From Bacteroidales bacterium (GTDB lineage Bacteria; Bacteroidota; Bacteroidia; Bacteroidales; UBA12077), in NCBI GenBank assembly GCA_019038645.1, contig JAHOYT010000022.1, positions 998 to 64,997 on the forward strand: 64,000 bases of DNA, in the 5' to 3' direction. A program made the translations under genes and the position numbers. Shown in pieces: positions 9,658 to 18,128 of this stretch; position 1 is the first letter of the stretch, and every line of letters begins with the position of its first letter. Under the pieces are notes generated by a model that was given only the letters and a program-made list of their open reading frames with translations, was not told the DNA's origin and ran no database searches.

Positions 9658-10959
9658 TCAATCTATAAAGTTCAAAATTTTTAATGTTGCACCCCTGTTA
9701 TTATTTACATAATCGGCAGCAGTTTTTCCAATAAACACTGCATTCTCCAAATTATCAGTTAAATGTTCTATTTTATCTTTTAAGGCTTCATGTCCTGAAA
9801 CTGAACAAGCTCCTCCCAAATTTATCAGGTCAACGGCTTCCTGAAATTTCTTGTAATTTGGCCCAAACAACAAAGGCACACCAAAGGTTGCTGCCTCCAA
9901 GGTATTATGTATTCCTTTTCCAAATCCGCCACCGATATATGCTATATCACCATAGTTATAAAGTGATGAAAGCATTCCAATACTATCAATTATTAATACC
10001 TGAGCAGTGCTAATATTTTCACTATTTGCATCAGAATATTTTAGTGTTTTTAGATTTGGTAGTATCAGCTTAGTGATCCGTACAATATTTTCATGATGTA
10101 TTTCATGAGGAGCAATTATGAGCTTTAATTTATTATTACTTTCATTAAAATACCTTAATAAAATTTCCTCGTCAGGTTTCCAGGTACTTCCGGCAACCAG
10201 AACCAGACTTTTGTCTTTGAATTTCTCAATCAGGGGCAATTTTTTGGAATTTTCGGCTATCGAATAAACCCTGTCGAACCGGGTATCTCCTGTAACACTT
10301 ACATTGTTTAAATTTATTCCGGCCAGTAATCTTTTGGATTCATCATTTTGAACAAAAAAATGCTTAAAATTCCTTAACAATTCTTCGGATTTACGGCCAT
10401 ACTTTTTGAAAAAACGTTGTTCCTTTCTAAAAATACCAGAAATCAGATAAAGCGGAATTTCCCTTTTGCCAATTTCCTTAATAAAATAAAACCAAAATTC
10501 ATACTTCACAAAAAATACAATGGAAGGATTTACAATATTTAAAAAACGTTTTGCATTCTTTGGAGTATCCAACGGAAGGTAAAATATATAATCTGCATTT
10601 TCATATCTCTTTCTTATTTCATAGCCCGACGGAGAATAAAAAGTTAGAAGTATTTTATATTTTACATATTTTTCTTTAAACGACTCAATCACAGGCCTTC
10701 CCTGCTCAAATTCTCCGAGCGAAGCGCAATGAAACCATGCAATTTTACTTTCAGAATTTATTTCTTGTTTAAGCTTTCTGAAAATCCCTTTTCTCCCTTT
10801 GATCCAAAAACGTGCTTTTTCATTAAAAACAGAAGCAATCGCAATTAAAACGAAATATATTCTTATACCAAAAAGATAAAAAATGGTCATAAATTGTAAA
10901 TTGAAATACAACAACAAATTTAATAGTCTGGAATCGTTTTTAATAAAATTTCTGTTCAT
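9658..10959 (-). CDS. waaA: 3-deoxy-D-manno-octulosonic acid (Kdo) transferase
   Basis: Contains WFHCASLGEFEQGRPVIE and a C-terminal GGSF/GGHN-like region (GGGFGKGIHNTLEAATFGVPLLFGPN), typical of KdtA/WaaA. The true start is probably the internal Met at 10890 (MTIFYLFGIRIYF...), which gives about 410 aa. Confidence 0.9.
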   Translation of the reverse strand: MNRNFIKNDSRLLNLLLYFNLQFMTIFYLFGIRIYFVLIAIASVFNEKARFWIKGRKGIFRKLKQEINSESKIAWFHCASLGEFEQGRPVIESFKEKYVKYKILLTFYSPSGYEIRKRYENADYIFYLPLDTPKNAKRFLNIVNPSIVFFVKYEFWFYFIKEIGKREIPLYLISGIFRKEQRFFKKYGRKSEELLRNFKHFFVQNDESKRLLAGINLNNVSVTGDTRFDRVYSIAENSKKLPLIEKFKDKSLVLVAGSTWKPDEEILLRYFNESNNKLKLIIAPHEIHHENIVRITKLILPNLKTLKYSDANSENISTAQVLIIDSIGMLSSLYNYGDIAYIGGGFGKGIHNTLEAATFGVPLLFGPNYKKFQEAVDLINLGGACSVSGHEALKDKIEHLTDNLENAVFIGKTAADYVNNNRGATLKILNFID

Positions 10960-11109
10960 TAATTACAAAAAACAACTTTACCCCTGATTTTCTGAACCTT
11001 ACACGACCACTTTCTTATATTTTAAACAAAAAAAGAGTGTTTACATTGAAAAAAATCTAATATTTTTTAACATTTCCCTTGTTTTCTAAAGATTTTTTAT
11101 ACTTTTAGG

Positions 11110-11188
11110 CGTCAATTAAGAAATTTCTTGATACCCTAATCCTAAAATTTAAACCCAAAGGTCTTCACAAAGAAGGCCTTTTTGTTTT
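11110..11188 (+). ncRNA. Candidate small RNA or 5' leader ending at the orphan terminator (speculative)
   Basis: A near-consensus -7 box TActTTTa lies at 11100-11107, with cTTG 18 nt upstream (11078-11081). These would start a ~75-80 nt transcript that contains the 12-nt palindrome AAGAAATTTCTT (11118-11129) and ends at the terminator, 53 nt before the ORF at 11241. Confidence 0.2.
11157..11188 (+). terminator. Orphan intrinsic-terminator-like hairpin in a divergent intergenic region
   Basis: 10-bp stem AAAGGTCTTC / GAAGGCCTTT (one G-U pair), 5-nt loop ACAAA, followed by TTGTTTT. There is no + strand gene upstream, because waaA is divergently oriented. Confidence 0.5.
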
Positions 11189-11240
11189 ATAACATTTCGG
11201 TTCTAAATTTCAACATTTCACAATTATTTCCGTTCTTTAA

Positions 11241-14200
11241 TTGCTTATATTTAGATTAGTTAAATTATCTGTTTTGCAAAAAGCAATTATCACTATATTA
11301 TTTATTCTTTTTGGCCTGATTGGAAAAACCCAGATTACGGGAAATTTGCGTACAAAATCAATAACTCTACCTGACGATACTATCTTCGTTGACACATTAA
11401 GTATTGTACCAGGCTCGGAAATAATTTTTGATAACAATAAAAAAATAATACCTGATACACTTTATAGTTTTGACCATTTACAGGGAATATTGATACTTCC
11501 TGATTCGATCAGGGCAAATAATTTTGCATATCCCTTAGTTATTTCGTACCGTGTTTTTCCTGTCAACTTTTCTGAGCCATGGTATCATCGCAAAAAAGAA
11601 GAAACGATAATTGTCGGTCCTGTTTTAGCATATCCCGACAATAAAAAATATAATTACAGGGATAACATTTTAAACGACAACCAGCTGGACAAGAGGGGAA
11701 GTATAGCACGTGGAATAACTGTAGGAAACAATCAGAATGCTGTTATAAATTCAAATCTCAATATGCAAATTTCGGGAAAATTGAGCAATGACCTGTATAT
11801 TCTGGCTGCAATTTCAGATGAAAATATCCCGATACAAGCTGATGGTAATTCACAACAAATTCAGGATTTTGATAAAGTTTTTATCAAGTTATACAATAAC
11901 AAAACCAGCCTGATTGCCGGGGATTTTGAAATAAACAAGCCCACAGGACATTTTATGAATCTTAACAGAAAAGTCCAGGGAGGATTATTGGAAACATCTT
12001 TTGATAATAAAAAAAACATCCGTGCCAGTTTAAAATCAACAATAAGCGGAGCTATTTCTAAAGGGAAATACTGCCGGCAAACTTTTCAGGGACAGGAAGG
12101 TAATCAGGGACCATATAAATTAAAAGGCTGTGAAAATGAACAGTATATTATTGTGCTGTCGGGAACAGAAAAAGTTTATATAAATGGACAAGTTCTGACA
12201 AGAGGCAAAGATTATGACTATGTTATTGACTACAATACCGGTGAAATTACTTTTACGGCAGGCAAGCCAGTTACAAAAGATTCCAGAATTGCAGTAGAAT
12301 TTGAATATTCGGAAAGGAGTTATTCAAGATACATGATTTACAGTACTAACGAGTTCAAAACCAAAAACGGTAATTTCTGGTTAAATATTTATTCTGAAAA
12401 GGACAGCAAAAATCAGCCAATAAATCAGGATTTAACAAATGAACAAAAACAATATCTTTCCGAGTCGGGAGACAGTATCGAAAATGCTTATGTGCTAAAT
12501 GTTGATAGTACTGAATTTAAAAACGATTATGTGCTTTATGAAAAAAAGGATACGCTGGTTAACGGGATCGTGTATGGATTTTATCAATATTCAACAAATC
12601 CGGAAAAGGCTGTTTACTATCCGGGGTTTAGTCAGGTTGGTGAAAACAAAGGTAATTATGTTCAGATACAAAATTCGGCTAATGGAAGAGTTTTTGAGTG
12701 GGTTGCTCCGGCAGGAGCTATTCCTCAGGGAAACTATGAGCCTGTTCGTTTATTAATTTCTCCGAAAAAACATCAAATGATAAGCTTTGGGGGAAATATA
12801 AATTTAAATCCGACCAGCTTAACAAATTTTGAATTTGCTCTAAGCAATTATGACATAAATACTTTTTCGGAAAGAGACGCATCTGACAATATTGGATATG
12901 CACTAAAACTGGCTTTTCAAAAATCCCTCTTAAATTCAGACACCACATTGAATTTGTTAAAAACCAATATTAACTGGCAACTGCTTAATAAAAATTTTAA
13001 AGAAATTGAAAGATTCAGGACAGTTGAGTTTGAAAGAGACTGGAATATTATAAAGCCATTCTCTAATGATGAGCATTTAGCTGAATTGGGAATCCTGTAC
13101 AGGCGTAAAAAAACTATTTTAAGCAACTATACATTTAGCTTGCTAACTGATAATAATGAGTATACAGCTTATAAAAACAAACTTGATGGTTCACTAAACA
13201 AATCGGGTTATTCTGTGTATTTAAACTCCGGAATTCTTAATACAAACTCAGGAATTTATGAAACACAATTCATTAGGTATCTGGCAGGTATTTCAAAATC
13301 GTTCAGCGTCCTGGAATCGGGAATAGAACATGAAATGGAACAAAACAAATGGAATAATACTGAAAATGATAGTTTAGTGCCTAATAGTTTTAGCTTTACT
13401 TCATATCGGTTTTTTATTAAAAGTCCGGATTCTCTGATTAATAAATATTCTGCCAGCTATACCTTGCGAAGCGATTTCCTGCCTGTTAACAATAGTCTTA
13501 TGCAAAGTACGGAATCGGAAGATTTTCAAATTGGTTTTGCATTATTAAAAAATCCGTCTAATATTTTAAAAACGAATATCAACTATCGAAAACTTCTATA
13601 TACCGATACAACAATTATTAAAGGCCAACAGGAAAACACACTTACGGGGCGAATTAATTACAATTTCAGGCTTTTTAAAGGAGCAATTTCGTCATCCGTA
13701 TTTTATGAAGCTGGAACTGGTCTTGAGCCTAAAAGAGAATTTAGCTATTTAAAAGTGGCAACAGGACAAGGAATTTATACATGGGAAGACTACAATAATA
13801 ACGGCATTGCAGAGCTTGACGAATTTGAAGTTGCACAATTCCAGGATCAGGCAAGTTATATAAGGATATATTCACCCGGAACTGAATACATAAAAACGTA
13901 TAAAAATGAGTTTAGCCAGATTCTCAGTATCAGACCAGCAGTAATATGGAAAAATAAAACCGGACTTAGAAAAATTTTATCAAGGTTTTCAAATAATCTG
14001 GCATGGCAAATAAATCAAAAAACGACTGATGAAATGCCTGAACACAGTCTTAATCCTTTTTATACATCAAACGACAGCACAATAATTAATACAAATCAAA
14101 ATATCAGAAATACATTTTCTTTTAACAGAATTAGTTCAAAATTTGGCATTGATTATATTTATCAGAAAAACATTAATAGTATTTTGCTTTCAAATGGTTT

Positions 14201-14732
14201 TGACAAAAAGAACAGATATCTGAACAGAATAAATGTCAGATGGAAATTTGCTGATGCTTTTGTGCTCACCAATTCATTTGAATCTGGACGGAAAAAGTAC
14301 GAATCTGAATTTTTTAGTATAAAAAATTTTGATATTGAAGCCTTTATTTACGAAATAAAAATTAGGTATCAACCGGGATATCAAACCAGAAGCGAGATTA
14401 ATTATAGCTACTCTGATAAAAAGAATGTTTTATTCGTTGAAAATTGTTTTATAAATAATCTAGGTGCAGAAATAAATTATTCCGTGACAAAGAAGGGAAA
14501 CTTATTAGTAAAAGGGAATTACTTAAATATTAATTATAACTCAGATCCTAACACTTCTGTTGCCTATGAGATGCTTCAAGCTTTAAAACCCGGACATAAT
14601 GCCACATGGAATATTCTTTTTCAAAGAAAAATAGCGGAAAATCTTGAAATGAACTTTAACTATAACGGAAGAATTTCTGAAAACATTAATGCCATTCATA
14701 CAGGAAGCCTGCAGTTAAGAGCATTTTTCTAA
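11241..14732 (+). CDS. Large (about 1150 aa) conserved-hypothetical outer-membrane beta-barrel protein
   Basis: A single 1163-codon ORF. The hydrophobic N-terminal signal is KAIITILFILFGLIGKTQ. The C-terminal two thirds are rich in alternating beta-strand patterns and end in an aromatic residue (LQLRAFF). There is no ATG near the 5' end; candidate starts are TTG at 11241 or 11274. No family name could be assigned by eye. Confidence 0.55.
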   Translation: MLIFRLVKLSVLQKAIITILFILFGLIGKTQITGNLRTKSITLPDDTIFVDTLSIVPGSEIIFDNNKKIIPDTLYSFDHLQGILILPDSIRANNFAYPLVISYRVFPVNFSEPWYHRKKEETIIVGPVLAYPDNKKYNYRDNILNDNQLDKRGSIARGITVGNNQNAVINSNLNMQISGKLSNDLYILAAISDENIPIQADGNSQQIQDFDKVFIKLYNNKTSLIAGDFEINKPTGHFMNLNRKVQGGLLETSFDNKKNIRASLKSTISGAISKGKYCRQTFQGQEGNQGPYKLKGCENEQYIIVLSGTEKVYINGQVLTRGKDYDYVIDYNTGEITFTAGKPVTKDSRIAVEFEYSERSYSRYMIYSTNEFKTKNGNFWLNIYSEKDSKNQPINQDLTNEQKQYLSESGDSIENAYVLNVDSTEFKNDYVLYEKKDTLVNGIVYGFYQYSTNPEKAVYYPGFSQVGENKGNYVQIQNSANGRVFEWVAPAGAIPQGNYEPVRLLISPKKHQMISFGGNINLNPTSLTNFEFALSNYDINTFSERDASDNIGYALKLAFQKSLLNSDTTLNLLKTNINWQLLNKNFKEIERFRTVEFERDWNIIKPFSNDEHLAELGILYRRKKTILSNYTFSLLTDNNEYTAYKNKLDGSLNKSGYSVYLNSGILNTNSGIYETQFIRYLAGISKSFSVLESGIEHEMEQNKWNNTENDSLVPNSFSFTSYRFFIKSPDSLINKYSASYTLRSDFLPVNNSLMQSTESEDFQIGFALLKNPSNILKTNINYRKLLYTDTTIIKGQQENTLTGRINYNFRLFKGAISSSVFYEAGTGLEPKREFSYLKVATGQGIYTWEDYNNNGIAELDEFEVAQFQDQASYIRIYSPGTEYIKTYKNEFSQILSIRPAVIWKNKTGLRKILSRFSNNLAWQINQKTTDEMPEHSLNPFYTSNDSTIINTNQNIRNTFSFNRISSKFGIDYIYQKNINSILLSNGFDKKNRYLNRINVRWKFADAFVLTNSFESGRKKYESEFFSIKNFDIEAFIYEIKIRYQPGYQTRSEINYSYSDKKNVLFVENCFINNLGAEINYSVTKKGNLLVKGNYLNINYNSDPNTSVAYEMLQALKPGHNATWNILFQRKIAENLEMNFNYNGRISENINAIHTGSLQLRAFF

Positions 14733-14755
14733 TAGAAGTACACAAGTATATATCT

Positions 14756-15976
14756 CTAAAAAGCAGCCATCAGTAAATCCAGATCCTTAGATGGAATATC
14801 GAAATAATTACCAATCCTTGCGTTTGTTAAAATCCCGTTATACACATAAACACCGTGTCGCAAACCAATATCCTCCTTTAACTGTTTTTGCACACCACCG
14901 GCTTCCGCTACGTTTAAAAGTAAAGGGTTAAACACATTACTTAATGCTATTGAAGCTGTCCGTGCCACACGGGAAGCAATGTTAGGAACACAATAATGAA
15001 TTACTCCAAATTTTGTATATACGGGATTGTAATGACTTCTGCATTCAGAAGTTTCAATACAACCGCCCTGATCTATGCTTAAATCAATAATTACAGCTCC
15101 TTTTTTCATTTCTTTTACCATGTCCTCGGTAATAAGAAACTGAAACCCTTTTTCTCCCGTATGCATTGCTCCAATTACCACATCGGCCGACTTAAGATGT
15201 TTTTTTATTACGCGTGGATGAAATACCGAAGTAAATAATCTTTCCGATAAATTTGTCTGTAATCTTTTAAGCTTTGAAATAGAATGGTCAAATACTTTTA
15301 TAAACGATCCAAGACCTATTGCAGCACGTGCAGCATACTCTGCTGCTGTGCCGGCACCAAGGATAATTACTTCTGTTGGTGTAATACCCGTAACTCCACC
15401 TAACAACACTCCTTTTCCATTATGAACATTACTTAAATGCTCGGCCGCTATTAAAATAGATGTGGTTCCTGCAATCTCGCTCATTGAACGAACAACGGGA
15501 TAACAATTTTCCTTATCCTTTAAACCCTCAAAAGAAATTGCAGTAACTTTTTTTTGCATTAGTTTTCTAATATATTCTTCTGATTGTGAAGGCCAATGTA
15601 ATGATGAAAAAAGAATCTGGTTGTTTTTAAAGAGTTCTATTTCTTCAATTGTTGGCGGTGCAATTTTTAATATAATATCACACCGATAAACATCTGATTT
15701 GTTATCTACTATTTGTGCCCCGGACTCACTATAATTTGAGTCAGTATAATTTGCTGCCGCTCCGGCGTTCTTTTCTATGAATATTTCATTCCCATTATTT
15801 ACAAGGATTTCAACCGCTTCAGGAGTTAATCCAATCCTGCTTTCGTTTTTTGTGTCTTCTTTGGGAATCCCAATTACAAGTTTTTGCCTTTTTTTACCTG
15901 TTTCAAGCATTTCTTCCTGAGGCAAAAATCCTGTATTTCCAAAAGTATATCCTGATTTTTCTTTTTTATCCGACAT
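14756..15976 (-). CDS. ald: Alanine dehydrogenase / PNT-family NAD(H)-dependent dehydrogenase
   Basis: 406 aa with AlaDH/PNT N- and C-domain architecture. The Rossmann motif is VIILGAGTAAEYAARAAIGLG. It has a short N-terminal extension relative to classical Ald. Confidence 0.7.
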   Translation of the reverse strand: MSDKKEKSGYTFGNTGFLPQEEMLETGKKRQKLVIGIPKEDTKNESRIGLTPEAVEILVNNGNEIFIEKNAGAAANYTDSNYSESGAQIVDNKSDVYRCDIILKIAPPTIEEIELFKNNQILFSSLHWPSQSEEYIRKLMQKKVTAISFEGLKDKENCYPVVRSMSEIAGTTSILIAAEHLSNVHNGKGVLLGGVTGITPTEVIILGAGTAAEYAARAAIGLGSFIKVFDHSISKLKRLQTNLSERLFTSVFHPRVIKKHLKSADVVIGAMHTGEKGFQFLITEDMVKEMKKGAVIIDLSIDQGGCIETSECRSHYNPVYTKFGVIHYCVPNIASRVARTASIALSNVFNPLLLNVAEAGGVQKQLKEDIGLRHGVYVYNGILTNARIGNYFDIPSKDLDLLMAAF

Positions 15977-16087
15977 AATAACTCTGATTTTGGGATATTA
16001 TTAAAATCTCTTGAAGACAACCAAAATAATACAAATACTTTGCATTTTCAAGTATTTTGAACTGATCTTTATTAAAACAGAAAATGT

Positions 16088-16504
16088 TTAGCGCCAGTTA
16101 ATGGTTCTACTCCCGTCTTTGTTTTCCACAAGTTGCACATAGGCTATATTTTCAGGAAGTAACTCAGCAATTTTATCAGGCCATTCTATAAAACAATAGT
16201 TCCCGGAATAAAAATAATCCTCATATCCAAAATCATACACTTCTTCTATTTTATTAATCCGGTAAAAATCAAAATGATATATCACTTCTCCGTTACCCGT
16301 CTGATATTCGTTAACTAAAGCAAATGTGGGACTTGTTACAATTTCAACAACGCCCAGTTCATTGCATAAAGCTTTAATAAATGTTGTTTTCCCAACTCCC
16401 ATCGGACCAAAAAAAGCAAACACTTTTTTACCGCGCATAATTCGTAAAAATTTATCGGCAACAACATTCAAGTCTGATAACGATTTTAATGTTAACGAGT
16501 CCAT
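16088..16504 (-). CDS. tsaE: tRNA threonylcarbamoyladenosine (t6A) biosynthesis ATPase TsaE
   Basis: 138 aa with P-loop FFGPMGVGKTTF, then SPTFALVNEY ... HFDFYR, the typical YjeE/TsaE pattern. Confidence 0.9.
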   Translation of the reverse strand: MDSLTLKSLSDLNVVADKFLRIMRGKKVFAFFGPMGVGKTTFIKALCNELGVVEIVTSPTFALVNEYQTGNGEVIYHFDFYRINKIEEVYDFGYEDYFYSGNYCFIEWPDKIAELLPENIAYVQLVENKDGSRTINWR

Positions 16505-16526
16505 ATATGCAATTTAAGAAAAAAAT

Positions 16527-18083
16527 TTAATTATTCGGGCTTAAAATAATAAATGGGATAATCATTTCTTCCATGGATACTCCACCGTGCTGAAATGAAT
16601 CTTTGTAATAGCTTACATAATAGTTAAAGTTATTGGGATAGGCTAAAAAATCATTATTCAGAGCAAATATATAACTTGTACTTAAATTTGATTTGGGAAG
16701 ATAAGCTTTTTCAGGATTTCTTATTTCAAAAACTTCTTTAGGATTATAATTCAGGTTTCTACCGTTTTTGTATCGTAAATTTGTCGAAGTATTTTTATCT
16801 CCAACAACTTTTACCGGATTTTGCACTCTCACAGTACCATGATCAGTAGTAATTACAATTTTCACTTTTTGTTGCTGCAATTCCTTAATTAAGGTAAATA
16901 ACGGAGAATGTTTAAACCACGATAAGGTTAAAGATCTGTAAGCAGGCTCGTCATTTGCAAGTTCACGAATCATTTCAATTTCGGTTCTTGCGTGCGAAAG
17001 CATATCTATATAATTATAAACCAATACGTTTAGCTGATTATTAAGTAAGTCTGCTATGTTTTCCACAAGCTTTTCTCCTGTTTTCAGGCGACTAACCTTT
17101 TCGTAAAAACTCTTATAATCCTTACCATATCTTTTTAGCTGAGCCCGTAGAAGCTCTTCTTCCTTCATGTTTTTGCCCCCTTCTTCATCGTCATTTAACC
17201 AATATTCCGGATATAATTTTTCAATTTCCGATGGCATTAAACCTGCAAAAATTGCATTACGGGCATATTGGGTTGCTGTAGGTAAAATACTACAATACAA
17301 CTCTTCACTTTCGACTGTAAAGTATTCACTAATAAGAGGCTGAATAAGTTTCCACTGATCGTATCTGAAATTATCTATTACGAGAACAAATACTTTTTGC
17401 TCCTGATCAAGTAAAGGAAAAATTCTGTCTTTGAACAAATTTGGCGACAACATTGGTTTGCTCGGATCTCCGCTTAACCATAACTCATAATTGTTTTTAA
17501 TAAATCTGGCAAAATTATTATTGGCATCTGATTTTTGCATCTGAAAAACTTCCTGCATTCCTGATTCTTCGTTTTGTTCCAGTTCCAGTTCCCAAAAAAC
17601 CAGTTTTTTGTAAAGCTCAACCCAGTTGTCAAAAGTTTTTGCTTCAGAAATCTGCAATCCTATTTTACCAAATTCCGATTGGTATCCGGACAATGTTTTT
17701 TCTGATATTAATCTTTTGGTATCTATATTTTTTTTTATACTTAAAAGTATTTGTTTAGGATTAACCGGCTTGATCAGATAGTCTGCAATTTTGGACCCAA
17801 TTGCCTGATCCATAATATCCTCTTCTTCACTTTTGGTAATCATTATTACCGGAATATCGGGTTTAATTTCCTTAATTATCGTTAATGTTTGTAAGCCGCT
17901 AAGGCCAGGCATATTCTCGTCAAGGAAAATCAGATCAAAATCATGCTTACGAACTTCTTCAATAGCATCGTCGCCATTACTTGCAGTAGATAAATCGTAT
18001 CCTTTTTCTTCCAGAAAAAGGATGTGTGGCCTTAGAAGATCTATTTCATCATCTGTCCATAAAATCTTAATACTCTTCATCAC
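16527..18083 (-). CDS. porX: Response regulator with receiver + PglZ/alkaline-phosphatase-like domain (PorX-type T9SS regulator)
   Basis: 518 aa. The N-terminal CheY-like receiver has the phospho-acceptor context DLIFLDENMPGLSG. The large C-terminal PglZ-like domain contains ITTDHGTV. Size and architecture match PorX. Confidence 0.8.
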   Translation of the reverse strand: MMKSIKILWTDDEIDLLRPHILFLEEKGYDLSTASNGDDAIEEVRKHDFDLIFLDENMPGLSGLQTLTIIKEIKPDIPVIMITKSEEEDIMDQAIGSKIADYLIKPVNPKQILLSIKKNIDTKRLISEKTLSGYQSEFGKIGLQISEAKTFDNWVELYKKLVFWELELEQNEESGMQEVFQMQKSDANNNFARFIKNNYELWLSGDPSKPMLSPNLFKDRIFPLLDQEQKVFVLVIDNFRYDQWKLIQPLISEYFTVESEELYCSILPTATQYARNAIFAGLMPSEIEKLYPEYWLNDDEEGGKNMKEEELLRAQLKRYGKDYKSFYEKVSRLKTGEKLVENIADLLNNQLNVLVYNYIDMLSHARTEIEMIRELANDEPAYRSLTLSWFKHSPLFTLIKELQQQKVKIVITTDHGTVRVQNPVKVVGDKNTSTNLRYKNGRNLNYNPKEVFEIRNPEKAYLPKSNLSTSYIFALNNDFLAYPNNFNYYVSYYKDSFQHGGVSMEEMIIPFIILSPNN

Positions 18084-18128
18084 AAATACATTCTGATTTA
18101 TAAACCTGCAGTCAATTCAATACAAAAA

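Noticed and set aside
16020-16075. An AT-rich hairpin (AAATACTT / AAGTATTT on the minus strand) between tsaE and ald, considered as a terminator.
   Set aside because: The stem is 8 bp of almost pure A-T with a 9-nt loop and no convincing T-run. It is too weak to call.
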